Below, in pieces: positions 46,922-57,988 of a stretch of DNA of 64,000 nucleotides (positions within the stretch are counted from its first letter, which is position 1; every line of letters begins with the position of its first letter). The stretch covers positions 76,473 through 140,472 of the forward strand of contig JAZKFH010000011.1 in assembly GCA_040386535.1 (NCBI GenBank), written 5' to 3'. The translations under genes and the position numbers were made by a program. The notes beneath the pieces are model-generated. The model saw nothing but the letters and a program-made list of their open reading frames with translations, was not told the origin of the DNA and searched no databases. This DNA comes from Myxococcota bacterium (GTDB lineage: Bacteria; Myxococcota_A; UBA796; SXON01).

Positions 46922-47509
46922 GTGACCCCGCTCGCCACCCTCCTCGCCCGCGGCCGCGCACCCCGCGCCGTCGGCTTCGACGACGCGCCCTTCGACAAGG
47001 CGCACGACGCCACGGTCGAGATCGCGGGCGTCGTGTGCGCGGGCACCCGCTTCGAGGGGATGCTCTGGGGCCGCGCGACCCGCGACGGCACCGACGCCAC
47101 CGATGTCCTCGCGGCCCTGCTCCTCGGGTCCAAGTTCCGCGCCCAGGTGCACGTGGTCCTCCTCGACGGCATCGCGGTGGGCGGCCTGAACCTCGTGGAC
47201 CTGCCCGGGCTCGCCGCCCGCGTGGGGCGCCCGTGTGTCGCGGTGATGCGGCGCGCCCCCGATCTGCCCGCCATGGACGCGGTGATCGCGCGCTTCCCCG
47301 ACGCGGCCCATCGCCGCGAGGTGCTGCGCGCGGCCGGGCCGATCCACGACCTCGCGGGGGTGCCGTTCCAGGTGGCGGGCGCCGAGCCCGACGTGACCGC
47401 CGCGGTGCTCCGCGCGCTCACCGATCGCGGCCGCGTGCCCGAGCCGCTGCGTCTCGCCCACCTCATCGGGGCGGCGGTGCGGATGGGGGAGAGCGGGCGG
47501 CGGGCGTAG
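46922..47509 (+). CDS. DUF99 family (endonuclease V-like) protein
   Basis: VGFDDAPF, DGTDAT, LLDGIAVGGLNLVD, PEPLRLAHLIG. Confidence 0.9.
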   Translation: MTPLATLLARGRAPRAVGFDDAPFDKAHDATVEIAGVVCAGTRFEGMLWGRATRDGTDATDVLAALLLGSKFRAQVHVVLLDGIAVGGLNLVDLPGLAARVGRPCVAVMRRAPDLPAMDAVIARFPDAAHRREVLRAAGPIHDLAGVPFQVAGAEPDVTAAVLRALTDRGRVPEPLRLAHLIGAAVRMGESGRRA

Positions 47510-47567
47510 GGGGGAGAGGGGCGCTCGCTCGACCGACGTGGGATATCCGAGCACTTTGCGAGCCCCG

Positions 47568-48269
47568 ATGCGCCTCCTTGCCGTCCTCTCCGTCGTGGTC
47601 CTCGGTTGCACGCCGCCTCCCCCGTCGGCGCGCGAGGCGCCGGTCCGCGCGGTGAGCGTGTCGGCCACCTCCCGCATCAACGTGGTGCCCGACGAGGCCA
47701 CCATCAGCCTCACGTTCGCCGCGACGGACGCGAGCATGCGCACGTCCCACGCGGCGTCCGGCAAGGCGGTGGAAACGTTCCGCGCGGCGATCCTGGCGCT
47801 CGGGGTGCCGGCAGACGCGCTCGAGCTGGGCGGCACCACCGACGATCCCAACTACCGGCGCGACGGCTCGAACCGCGTCGTGAGCTACACGAGCACGACA
47901 CACCTGATCGTGCGCATGAAGGAGTTCGAACGGGTGGCCGACGTGGTGGACACCGCCGTGGCCAGCGGCGTGACCGCGGTGGACGTGAGCTACCGCTCCA
48001 CGACGATGCCCGAACACAAGAAGCGAGCCCGCGACCTGGCGATCGCCGCCGCGAAGGAGAAGGCCGCGCAGCTCGCGGTCGGCGCGGGGGCCGAGCTCGG
48101 CCGGGTCCTCACCGTGTCCGAGGGGACGACGAGCGCGGGCGGCGCCTACCGCTCGTACGGAAACGTCGTGCAGACAGAGGTGTTTGCCGGCGCGGACGCG
48201 GACGGCCCGATCGCGCCGGGGACGACACCGCTGGAGCTGACGATCGAGGCGACGTTTGTGTTGGAGTAG
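47568..48269 (+). CDS. SIMPL (DUF541) domain lipoprotein
   Basis: VSVSA...VVPDEA, AR..AI.AAKEKA.QLA...G.ELGRV..VSE, IAPG. Confidence 0.9.
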   Translation: MRLLAVLSVVVLGCTPPPPSAREAPVRAVSVSATSRINVVPDEATISLTFAATDASMRTSHAASGKAVETFRAAILALGVPADALELGGTTDDPNYRRDGSNRVVSYTSTTHLIVRMKEFERVADVVDTAVASGVTAVDVSYRSTTMPEHKKRARDLAIAAAKEKAAQLAVGAGAELGRVLTVSEGTTSAGGAYRSYGNVVQTEVFAGADADGPIAPGTTPLELTIEATFVLE

Positions 48270-48465
48270 GGACGGTTCGCCAACGCTCACTCGCGCGCAG
48301 AATCAAGCGGAGCGAGGGGCTGCGCATGCGGGGCTTCGAATGGCGTCGGGCCGCCCGCAGCGTCGCCGGGCTCCGGGGCGTGGCGTCGGCGGTCAGACGC
48401 GGCCCCGGTCACGCGGGAAGTGCGCCGGGATGCCGTGTCCGCGGACCTTCGCGGGAGCCCGAAGA

Positions 48466-48650
48466 GCCATGGCCTCCCCAATGCGCACAATTCCGAGTCA
48501 TGCCACCCTGAACGCCCATACTGGGCGGTCGGAGTCGGGAGGCCTGCCGCAAAGTGGAGCCTGGTCCGTAGGGCCGGCAGACGTTCCTGGCCAAAGCGTG
48601 CATTCGAGCGGACATGAGTCCGAACTAGCGGCGTTCACCGGGGCATGGGT
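48466..48650. repeat. Divergent member of the MITE-like core family
   Basis: CCGAGTCATGCC... and CATGAGTCCGAACTAGCGGCGTTCACCGGGGCATG match the core subrepeats. Confidence 0.55.
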
Positions 48651-48937
48651 CCCGCCCGGCTCCTCGGACGGGGCGGCGAGCGGGCGCCAGGAGCGTCACA
48701 CAGCTGATCTCCCAGCGTCCCGAGGAGGCCCGGCGCGCTCGCTCGGTGACACCAGGGTTCGGCAGGCACCACGACTGCCAACCCGCCCCCGCCCGCCTCC
48801 CCACGGCTCCGCGCGCCCTCGCCCCACGACTTCCTGAGCGCGGTCTCCCCCGTCCGTGGAGCCCTGGCGCCGCGCCACAGCGCCTCCTACACGCCGGCAC
48901 ACGGATTGCTACATCGCCTACGTACGCTGGAGTTCCC

Positions 48938-49780
48938 ATGTCCGCCCTCGCATCCCTCGCGCTCCTCGTCTCGGGCGCCGCGCAGGCGGTGCCGGCCGAC
49001 GTCGCCGAGTGCTACCCGCACGTCACGGAGTCGCTCCCTCACCCCGGCGCCACCGGTGTCCCGCTCGACATCCAGCCGACCGTGGCGATCGCCTTCGTGG
49101 AGTGTGGTCCCGCCGAGTGGACGCTGCAGCTCGCGGAGCAGGGCTCGGGCGCGGTCGTCGCAACTGCCACGGTCGCGGCCACGCTCGGGATCGCCGCGCT
49201 GGAGCTGTGCGAGCCGCTCGCGGGCGACACGGCCTACGTCCTGCGCGTCACCGACGAGTCGGGCTGGGTCGAGCCCGCGGAGATCGGCTTCACCACCGGG
49301 ATGGACACCGCGGACACGACCCCGTGGGCCCCCGTGCTCACGCGCGTGTCGGCGGGCTGGTACGAGCCGTCCGGCCCGCTGGTGGTGGGGCTGACCGCTG
49401 CGCAACCCGACGGGGCTGCGACGTCCGCCCGCGTCGAGCTGGGGGACGTCGGGCCCACCGCCACCTCGGGCACGTTGACGCCTCGCGTGGCCGCGTTGCT
49501 GGGCACCGCGCCGGCGGGTGTGCCCCACGAGTGGACCGTCGGGCTCGAAGCCGGCCCCGACACGTGGTGCGTCTCGGGCCGCGGGCAGGGCGCACAGGGC
49601 GCGTGGTTCGAGCAGGCCGAGCCGGTCTGTGTCACGGTCGAGACGCTCCACTACGACACCGGCGAGGACATCGACGTGCCCAAGAGCGAGCGCGGGTGCA
49701 GCACGAGCGAGCACGGGCCGAGCGCTCTTTTCGTCGCGACGGGGCTCCTGACGATGGTGGTGCGCCGGCGGCGTGGGTAG
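48938..49780 (+). CDS. Secreted Ig-like (Big_5) protein with MYXO-CTERM-like tail
   Basis: Signal peptide; S.P.PGATGVP.D; L...TAY.L; FTTG; ends GCST + TM + RRRR. Confidence 0.8.
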   Translation: MSALASLALLVSGAAQAVPADVAECYPHVTESLPHPGATGVPLDIQPTVAIAFVECGPAEWTLQLAEQGSGAVVATATVAATLGIAALELCEPLAGDTAYVLRVTDESGWVEPAEIGFTTGMDTADTTPWAPVLTRVSAGWYEPSGPLVVGLTAAQPDGAATSARVELGDVGPTATSGTLTPRVAALLGTAPAGVPHEWTVGLEAGPDTWCVSGRGQGAQGAWFEQAEPVCVTVETLHYDTGEDIDVPKSERGCSTSEHGPSALFVATGLLTMVVRRRRG

Positions 49781-49905
49781 GGCCTGGGCGACGGGGGCGA
49801 CCGCTCCGCGTCGCGGCGGCGGGGGTGGCTTCGGTTGTGGGCGGCGGATCGGATCGGGGGCTTCGCGGGCGGGGGCGCGGAACCCTGGCGCCCACGGTGC
49901 CTCTG

Positions 49906-50109
49906 CAGGTGACGAACGGCCGCGATGAGGCGCCACCCCGCGTGTTCAGCACCCTGCGGGTGACGGACGGCCAGGGTGAGGCGCCACCCCACGTGTTTGG
50001 CACCCTCCAGGTGACGAACGCCGCGATGAGGCGCCACCCCGCGTGTTTGGCACCCTCCAGGTGACGAACGGCCGGGGTGAGGCGCCACCCCACGTGTTTG
50101 GCACCCTCC
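49906..50109. repeat. Four tandem ~51-bp imperfect palindromic units
   Basis: CAGGTGACGAACGG...TGAGGCGCCACCCC.CGTGTTTGGCACCCT at 49906, 49957, 50008, 50058, between convergent genes. Confidence 0.88.
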
Positions 50110-50224
50110 TGGTCGGTCTCCGCACCCCCCCGCCCACCGGCGCCGCGGTCGGCGCGGGCCGCCCTTTCGACCACCACGAGCACGTACTCGCGCCGGGCAC
50201 CGCGGCCCACGCGGTTCGAGACCC

Positions 50225-51664
50225 TTACGCCCCCGGGCCCAAGCTCCACCCCATCGCCACCCAGCCGAGCAGTAGGAGCGTCCACGACACGCCGAACGCG
50301 ATCGCGTAGGGCACCTGCGCGGCGAGCACGGTCCCGAGGCCGGCGCCGGGCACGTAGCGCCGGGCTGCCACGAGCACGATGGGAACGTACGGGAGGAGCG
50401 GCGTGAGCACGTTGGTGACGGCGTCGCCGACGCGGTAGGCGGCCTGGGTCTCCGCGGGGGAGACGCCGAGCAGCATCAACATCGGGACGAACACCGGGGC
50501 CATGATCGCCCACTTGGCCGACGCGCTCGCGATGAGCAGGTTGACCACGCCCGAGACGAGGACCATCACGAGCAACAGCGGCTCCGCGCCCAGGCCGAGC
50601 GGCCGCACCAGATCAGCGCCGGTGACCGCGAACACGATACCGAGGTTGGACCAGGCGAACCACGCCACGAATTGGGCCGCGGCGAAGGCGAGCACGATGT
50701 AGCCGCCCATGCCCGCGCAGGCCTCGGCGAGCAGGCCCGCGAAGTCACCCGTGGAGCGGATGCGGCCGTTGCCGATGCCGAACACCAGCGCCGGGAGCGC
50801 CGCCCCGATCGCGACGAGCACGACCACGGACTCGTAGAGGGGGCCGAAGCCGCCGTCGTCGGCGCGCAGCACACCGGTCGCGACGAGCGCAGCGATCACG
50901 CCGAGCCACGCGACCGCCGCCAAGGCGGGCCCACCGAGCGACACGGAAGGGACGTCGTTCGGCACCACCTCCCCCGACCACGGGCCGAACCCGGCCTCGG
51001 CGCGCTCGGCCACGACGGTGCCGACGATGCACAGGAGCACGACCGAGGCGGCGTTGAACCACCAGTTGCACGTGGCGGGCACGATGGTCTCGGGCGCCAC
51101 GAGCTGCGCCGCGGCCTGGGTGAGCCCGGCGAGGAGCGGATCGAGGGCGGTCACGAGGATGTTGGCGCCGTAGCCGCCGGACACCGCGGCATACGCGACG
51201 GTCAGGCCGGCGAGGGGGTGGCGGCCCGCGCCCGCGTAGAGCGCCGCGCCGAGGGGCACGAGCACGACGAAGCCGGCGTCCGCGGCGATGGAGCTGTTGA
51301 CGCCCGCGAAGATGAGCGCGAGCGTCAACCAGCGCCGCGGCAGCGACCGCACCAGCCCGTTGAGCACGGCCGCCACGAGGCCGGTGCGCTCGGCGAGCCC
51401 GATCCCCATGACGGCCACGAGCACGGTGCCGAGCGGCGGGAAGCTCGCGAAGTTCTTCACGGCCTCGGTGAACATCCGGCGCACGGACGGGGCCGTGAGC
51501 AGGCTCTGGACCGCGGCGGGCTCGCCGGTGCCGGGGTGCGTGACGGTCACGCCCACGAGCAGGAACGAGCTCACGACGACGAGCAAGGCCATGCCCGCGA
51601 ACAGCGCGAGGGGGTCGGGCAGGCGGTTGCCGAGCGCTTCGAGGCGCTCGAGGAATCGTTTCAT
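50225..51664 (-). CDS. abgT: AbgT family transporter
   Basis: LE.LGNRLPDP, NFASFPPLG, GRHPLAG, SASAKWAIMAPVFVPM, AYRVGD.VTN..TP. Confidence 0.93.
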   Translation of the reverse strand: MKRFLERLEALGNRLPDPLALFAGMALLVVVSSFLLVGVTVTHPGTGEPAAVQSLLTAPSVRRMFTEAVKNFASFPPLGTVLVAVMGIGLAERTGLVAAVLNGLVRSLPRRWLTLALIFAGVNSSIAADAGFVVLVPLGAALYAGAGRHPLAGLTVAYAAVSGGYGANILVTALDPLLAGLTQAAAQLVAPETIVPATCNWWFNAASVVLLCIVGTVVAERAEAGFGPWSGEVVPNDVPSVSLGGPALAAVAWLGVIAALVATGVLRADDGGFGPLYESVVVLVAIGAALPALVFGIGNGRIRSTGDFAGLLAEACAGMGGYIVLAFAAAQFVAWFAWSNLGIVFAVTGADLVRPLGLGAEPLLLVMVLVSGVVNLLIASASAKWAIMAPVFVPMLMLLGVSPAETQAAYRVGDAVTNVLTPLLPYVPIVLVAARRYVPGAGLGTVLAAQVPYAIAFGVSWTLLLLGWVAMGWSLGPGA

Positions 51665-52383
51665 CGCTTCGTCGCCGGCACGCCGGACATGCGTCCGGTC
51701 CCGACGTCGATGTGGAGGGCGCCGGCGAGGATGTGGGCCTGCGGCAGCTCCGCGATCCAGGTCTTGCCGCGCTGGTGGAGCACCACGGGCGTACTCGCAT
51801 CCGGATGGCACGTGCGCACGTCGAGCACCCGCGCGGTCGCCTCGTCCCAGCCGACCTTGTGGGGGCGCCGGTAGGACACGAGGCGTTCGAGGTACCCGAT
51901 CAGCTCGGCGTCCTGGGGGGCCAGCGGGAGCAGGTCGGCCGCGCGGGTCAGGGCGGCGTCGACGGCCTGCACGACGACGGTAGCGCCCGGCGTCGCCGTG
52001 TCCCGCGGCCACAACGCGGTGTGGAGCGAATCGCGGACGTGGTGGGCGACGATCGCGAGCGCGTACGCCCGCTTCGTGCAGCCCGCGGCGGCCTCCTCCA
52101 ACAGGGGGCGCATGTACGCGTCGTCCATGAGGAGGAGGTCTTCGTCCTGCGACATCAGGCTCCACCCTTCGGCCCAGCACCAGCGGCGTGCCGCGCGCTC
52201 GTCGTCCGCGGGGTGCTCCAGATCGGTGCGGAAGCCCGTCGCCGCGGTCAGCGCCGTGAACAGGCGGCCGACGCGGCGGTCCCACGCGAGCGACCCCTCG
52301 GAGACCCCGTAACCATCGAGCTCGCCGAGCACCCACGCCTCGAACAGCACGCCGGCGCGCGCGTGCGTCGGGTCCTCGTGCAC
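51661..52383 (-). CDS. Hypothetical protein
   Basis: GC3-biased frame; ATGA overlap with abgT; start uncertain. Confidence 0.65.
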   Translation of the reverse strand: MHEDPTHARAGVLFEAWVLGELDGYGVSEGSLAWDRRVGRLFTALTAATGFRTDLEHPADDERAARRWCWAEGWSLMSQDEDLLLMDDAYMRPLLEEAAAGCTKRAYALAIVAHHVRDSLHTALWPRDTATPGATVVVQAVDAALTRAADLLPLAPQDAELIGYLERLVSYRRPHKVGWDEATARVLDVRTCHPDASTPVVLHQRGKTWIAELPQAHILAGALHIDVGTGRMSGVPATKR

Positions 52384-52464
52384 GAGCGTCGCGAGCCACG
52401 TGTCGGGCGGCAGGGAGGTGTACCAGGGGATCGTCGGCAGCGGCGCACCGTGGGCGGGCCGATG

Positions 52465-54066
52465 CTACCCGATGAGGCGCCTCGTCCGCCCGCGCCGCCG
52501 CCGCCCCGAGAGCCCGAGCGCCGCCACGACCGCCGCCCACGCGGGCGCCGCGCCCGTGCCCGCGCAGCCGCAGCCGTCCGCCATGCCCTCGGTATCGGTG
52601 TCCGCGGGTGTGTCATCGGTGTCGGCGGCCGTGTCCCCTGTCGCGGTGTCACCCGCCGTGTCACCCGTGGCGGTGTCACCCCCTGTGTCACCCGCGGTGT
52701 CGACCGGCGCCCCCTCCCACGCGAGCGCCACGGAGTCGACCTCCGCGGCGCCCACGACCGTGATCACGAGGGCGTCCACGGCGTCCAGCGCCACGGTCTG
52801 TGTCGCGCCGCTCTGCGTCACGGTGAGCGTGGTGCCATCCCAAGCGAGCGCCAGGTCGAACCATCGGCCGGGCACGGGCACGCTCTGCGCGTGGCCGATG
52901 CGCTCGTGCGCGTCCGTGTAGGTGTAGCCGTTGAACCACATGTGCCACGTGGTCCCCACCAGCCAGGGCGTGGGCGCCTGGATGTAACCGTCGTTCCACC
53001 ACGACCAGCCCTTCGCGAGGACCACGTCCGGCTCGTCCACCCACGTGGTCAAATCGCTCCACTGGGCGGTCGAGTGGCAGAACACGTCGTTGCAATTCCA
53101 CCACTGTTCGATGCCGTAGGGGCCGTCGTACAAACCGCCGCCCTGGAAGCGGAGCTCGTCCGCGCTGAGGGGCGCGTGCTTGGTCCACGTCCAGCCGTCC
53201 GCCGAGGTGGCGTACGCGGTCGGGCCGTAGTGCTGCTCGGGATCGGTCGCGTTGTAGAGCATGTGCCAGGTGCCGTCAGGGCCGATCAGCACATCGGGCA
53301 TGCGCAGGCTCCCCGAGTCGATCTCGCCGCCGACGCCGAAGTCGAGCGCCACGCCTTCGGGGGTCCACGTGTAGCCGTCCGGCGACGTCGCGTGGCAGAT
53401 GCGGTTGCCGACGCTGTCCTGATAGCAACTGTAGAACATGTGCCAGTCGGCGCCGTCCTTCACGACGGTCGGCATGTGCACGTGGATGCCGTCGACCGTG
53501 GTGTGGTCGTAGTCGATGGTGAGCACCGGGTTGCCGGCGTATTTCGTCCAGTTCACGCCGTCGCGGGAGGTGGCGAGGCCGATCTGGCGGTAGCCGTAGC
53601 CCGGCGGCGCCATCTCGCCGGTCCAATACAAGAACCACGTGGCGGTGGCGTCGTCGTAGTAGACCTCGCTGTGCAGCGTGTTGCCCGCGTCCCAGGCGTC
53701 GGCGCCGGGCTCGATCACCGGGTCGGCGTCGGGCTCCCAGGCGTAGTGCCCGGTGGGGAGCGGCAGCGCGTCGGCCCCGAGGGTGACACCGCCGCCGGGC
53801 CGGTAGTCCGCGGTCCAGGCCTGGTCGCCGACGCCGACGGTCAGCGTCTCCCCGGCTGCGAGGCGCACGCGGAGCGTCCCGTAGAACGAGGCCAGCGCGC
53901 CGAGCGGGAGCGTGGTGGTGCCGTCGGTGACGACGAGCACCCCGTCGGCCACGCCGCCGCCGGTCCAGCGGCCGAGGTCGGCGGAGAAGTCGTCCTCGTA
54001 GGTGTCGGCGGCCACGGCCAACGAGGCGGAGAGGAGGAGCATGCCGCCGAGAATGCCGGGACGCAT
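52465..54066 (-). CDS. Secreted five-bladed beta-propeller glycosidase-like protein with MYXO-CTERM-like tail
   Basis: Repeated IG.ATS.DG..W.K, P.V....WHM.Y blades; DTG-rich linker; GCGC + TM + RRRR. Confidence 0.82.
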   Translation of the reverse strand: MRPGILGGMLLLSASLAVAADTYEDDFSADLGRWTGGGVADGVLVVTDGTTTLPLGALASFYGTLRVRLAAGETLTVGVGDQAWTADYRPGGGVTLGADALPLPTGHYAWEPDADPVIEPGADAWDAGNTLHSEVYYDDATATWFLYWTGEMAPPGYGYRQIGLATSRDGVNWTKYAGNPVLTIDYDHTTVDGIHVHMPTVVKDGADWHMFYSCYQDSVGNRICHATSPDGYTWTPEGVALDFGVGGEIDSGSLRMPDVLIGPDGTWHMLYNATDPEQHYGPTAYATSADGWTWTKHAPLSADELRFQGGGLYDGPYGIEQWWNCNDVFCHSTAQWSDLTTWVDEPDVVLAKGWSWWNDGYIQAPTPWLVGTTWHMWFNGYTYTDAHERIGHAQSVPVPGRWFDLALAWDGTTLTVTQSGATQTVALDAVDALVITVVGAAEVDSVALAWEGAPVDTAGDTGGDTATGDTAGDTATGDTAADTDDTPADTDTEGMADGCGCAGTGAAPAWAAVVAALGLSGRRRRGRTRRLIG

Positions 54067-54132
54067 GGGCGCGCGCAATCCCGCCCTCGCCGAAACTCCC
54101 CCCCTCCCCCGCGCCGGTGGTTAAGAACCGCG

Positions 54133-55826
<1,694 letters not shown>

Positions 55827-56000
55827 CCACCGGAGTCCAGGGAGGAGTGGCGTTCTGGGCGCGACCCCAGCGGAGGCCGCCGGGGCCGGGCTCTCTCCGG
55901 GCTCGCCCTGAGGGCTCGGTTCGGTCCCGGCGCGGCGCCGGTCCCGGAACCGCGCGGTCCCCGAGCGGCCCGCGCGCCCTCCGGATCCCTCGCGCCGCCC

Positions 56001-56048
56001 GTGTCAAATGGGCGGCGTGTCGATTGGGCGGCGTGTCGATTGGGCGGC
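56001..56048. repeat. 3 x 16-bp tandem repeat
   Basis: GTGTCGATTGGGCGGC units. Confidence 0.7.
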
Positions 56049-56051
56049 CGA

Positions 56052-56834
56052 TCAGCTCGCGGCGTAGCACGGGCGGCAGAGTGGTTTTGTGAAGCTCGTC
56101 GGCGTCTTCTTCGCGCACCCGTGGCAGTACTTCTCTTCGTAGGCGGGGTTCTCGTACTTCGCCCACGCCGTGTAGCACTCCTTGCAGAGCGGGCGCTCTG
56201 GGTTGGCGGGTACGGGATCCGCGCAGCGGATGCAACTGCCGAAGCGGGTGGCGGCTCGTTTGGGAGTGGCCGGAGCCTTCACGGTCGGGGCCTTCACGGT
56301 CGGGGCCCTCGCGATCGGGGCGGTCGGCACGAGCGCGCTCGTGGGCTTGCTCCCCGCGGGCCGGGGCGCGACGTGCGGGGCGGCTCCGGGCGCGGCCAGC
56401 TTGCTGCGCAGCGCCGCGAGGTTCACCTGGGCCAGGATCTCGTTGAAGCAGCGGGTCAGCTCCTTGTAGGCCTCGGGATCTTCCTCCTTATGCGCGGTCG
56501 CGGCGATCTCCCAGGACCCCGACGCCGAGGCGGACACGAGGTTCATCGAGGTCACCATCGCTGTCTTCTCGCTGATGTACAGCTTCGCGTGCAGCCGCTC
56601 CAGCAGCGCCACCTTCACGCCGCGTTGGGTGTAGTACACAGCGGTCTCCCGGTTCTGCTTCTCGGTGTCGCCCCCGCGCAGGATCAGGATCACCTCGACG
56701 TTGCGGACGCGCGCGTTCTCGATCGCGAAGCGCAGGTGCTCCCAGGGTGTGAAGTAGGGCGTGACCAGGGCCACGACGGTCTGCGCTTCGTTGATCACCC
56801 GCACGGCGTGGTGTTCGATCTCCGGTCCGGTCAT
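56052..56834 (-). CDS. PLD-family (single HxK) nuclease with C-terminal Cys-rich zinc finger
   Basis: VTPYF, LHAKLYISE...TSMNL...WE; CIRC, CKEC, CHGC, CRPC. Start at ATG 56834 or TTG 56843. Confidence 0.88.
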   Translation of the reverse strand: MTGPEIEHHAVRVINEAQTVVALVTPYFTPWEHLRFAIENARVRNVEVILILRGGDTEKQNRETAVYYTQRGVKVALLERLHAKLYISEKTAMVTSMNLVSASASGSWEIAATAHKEEDPEAYKELTRCFNEILAQVNLAALRSKLAAPGAAPHVAPRPAGSKPTSALVPTAPIARAPTVKAPTVKAPATPKRAATRFGSCIRCADPVPANPERPLCKECYTAWAKYENPAYEEKYCHGCAKKTPTSFTKPLCRPCYAAS

Positions 56835-57003
56835 GAAATTCAAGCAGTTGCCCCATGGTGACGACGCGCTCCCCTCCACCGGGATGCCGCGTCGGCACGG
56901 AGACGCGGGAGCCGGCGCCGACCGGACAGCGTCGCGACGTGTAGAGTGCTGCGCACCGAGAGGGTGGGTGAGCGCTTCCGGATCGAACCGCTGGGCGCGA
57001 GAG

Positions 57004-57345
57004 GTGGCCACGTGTCCCCATTGCGCGCGCACCGTGATGTTCGACAACGAGGGCGCCTGTCCATCCTGCCGCGTCCCCGGCGCCGCGCCGGTCACGCCAG
57101 CGGACGAGGCGCGCATCGTGGCCGACCACGAAGCGCAGGCCCACCGGAAGCCGGGCCGCTCAACGTCGACCGGCGGCTTCGGGCACGGGTTCGGGATCGC
57201 CTTCGTGACGGGAATCCCGGGCTACCTCTATGGCCGCGCCAACACGAAGGACGACCCCGAGGGGCGCCGGGGCGCCGAGTGGGGCGTGCTCGTGCACATG
57301 TTGCTGCTGTTGTTCTGCAGCGGCCTGGGCTTGCTCCGGGAGTAG
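57004..57345 (+). CDS. Small zinc-ribbon membrane protein
   Basis: CPHC...CPSC followed by two hydrophobic segments. Confidence 0.6.
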   Translation: MATCPHCARTVMFDNEGACPSCRVPGAAPVTPADEARIVADHEAQAHRKPGRSTSTGGFGHGFGIAFVTGIPGYLYGRANTKDDPEGRRGAEWGVLVHMLLLLFCSGLGLLRE

Positions 57346-57353
57346 GCACGGGG

Positions 57354-57926
57354 CCCGAACGACAAGTTCTGTCGGTGCGCCCACGCTCCGTCCGCGACGC
57401 CGCGCATCCACCGGCCCGAACGACAGGCTCTGTCGGTCCGCCCACGCCCGGACCCCGACGCCGCGCATCCACCGGCCCGAACGACAAGCTCTGTCGGTCC
57501 GCGCGGCCCCCGCCACCGGACCCGAACGACAAGCTCTGTCGGTCCGCGCCGCGCACGCCCCGCCCACGCCGCCCGAGCGAACGGAGGCGAACGACAAGCT
57601 CTGTCGGTCGCCCACGCCCCAGGTCCCGACGCCCCAAGCCCAGACCCGAACGACAAGCTCTGTCGGTCCGCCCACGCCCCGAGGCCCCGCCACCGGACCC
57701 GAACGACGAGTTCTGTCGGTCTGCACCGCGCACGCCCGTACGCCCCCCCCCACGCCCCAACCGCCCGGCCCGAACGACAAGCTCTGTCAGTCGGCGCCGC
57801 CGCCCACGCCCCGACGCGGTTCCCGCCAACGGACCCGAACGACAAGCTCTGTCGGTGCGCGCCGCGCACGCCCCTACGCCCCCCCACGCCCCAACCGCCC
57901 GGCCTGAACGACAAGCTCTGTCGGTC
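57354..57926. repeat. Array of 10 direct palindromic 24-bp repeats with C-rich related spacers
   Basis: CCCGAACGACAAGCTCTGTCGGTC at 57354, 57415, 57476, 57521, 57587, 57645, 57698, 57769, 57834, 57903. Confidence 0.92.
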
Positions 57927-57988
57927 GGCGCCGCGCACGCCCCTACACCCCCCGCTTGGATGGGCGCCCGCTGTGGCATGGTGGACCA

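Noticed and set aside
57354..57926. CRISPR array call
   Set aside because: Spacers are related to each other, low-complexity and variable in length; no cas genes or AT-rich leader; the same unit is dispersed elsewhere.
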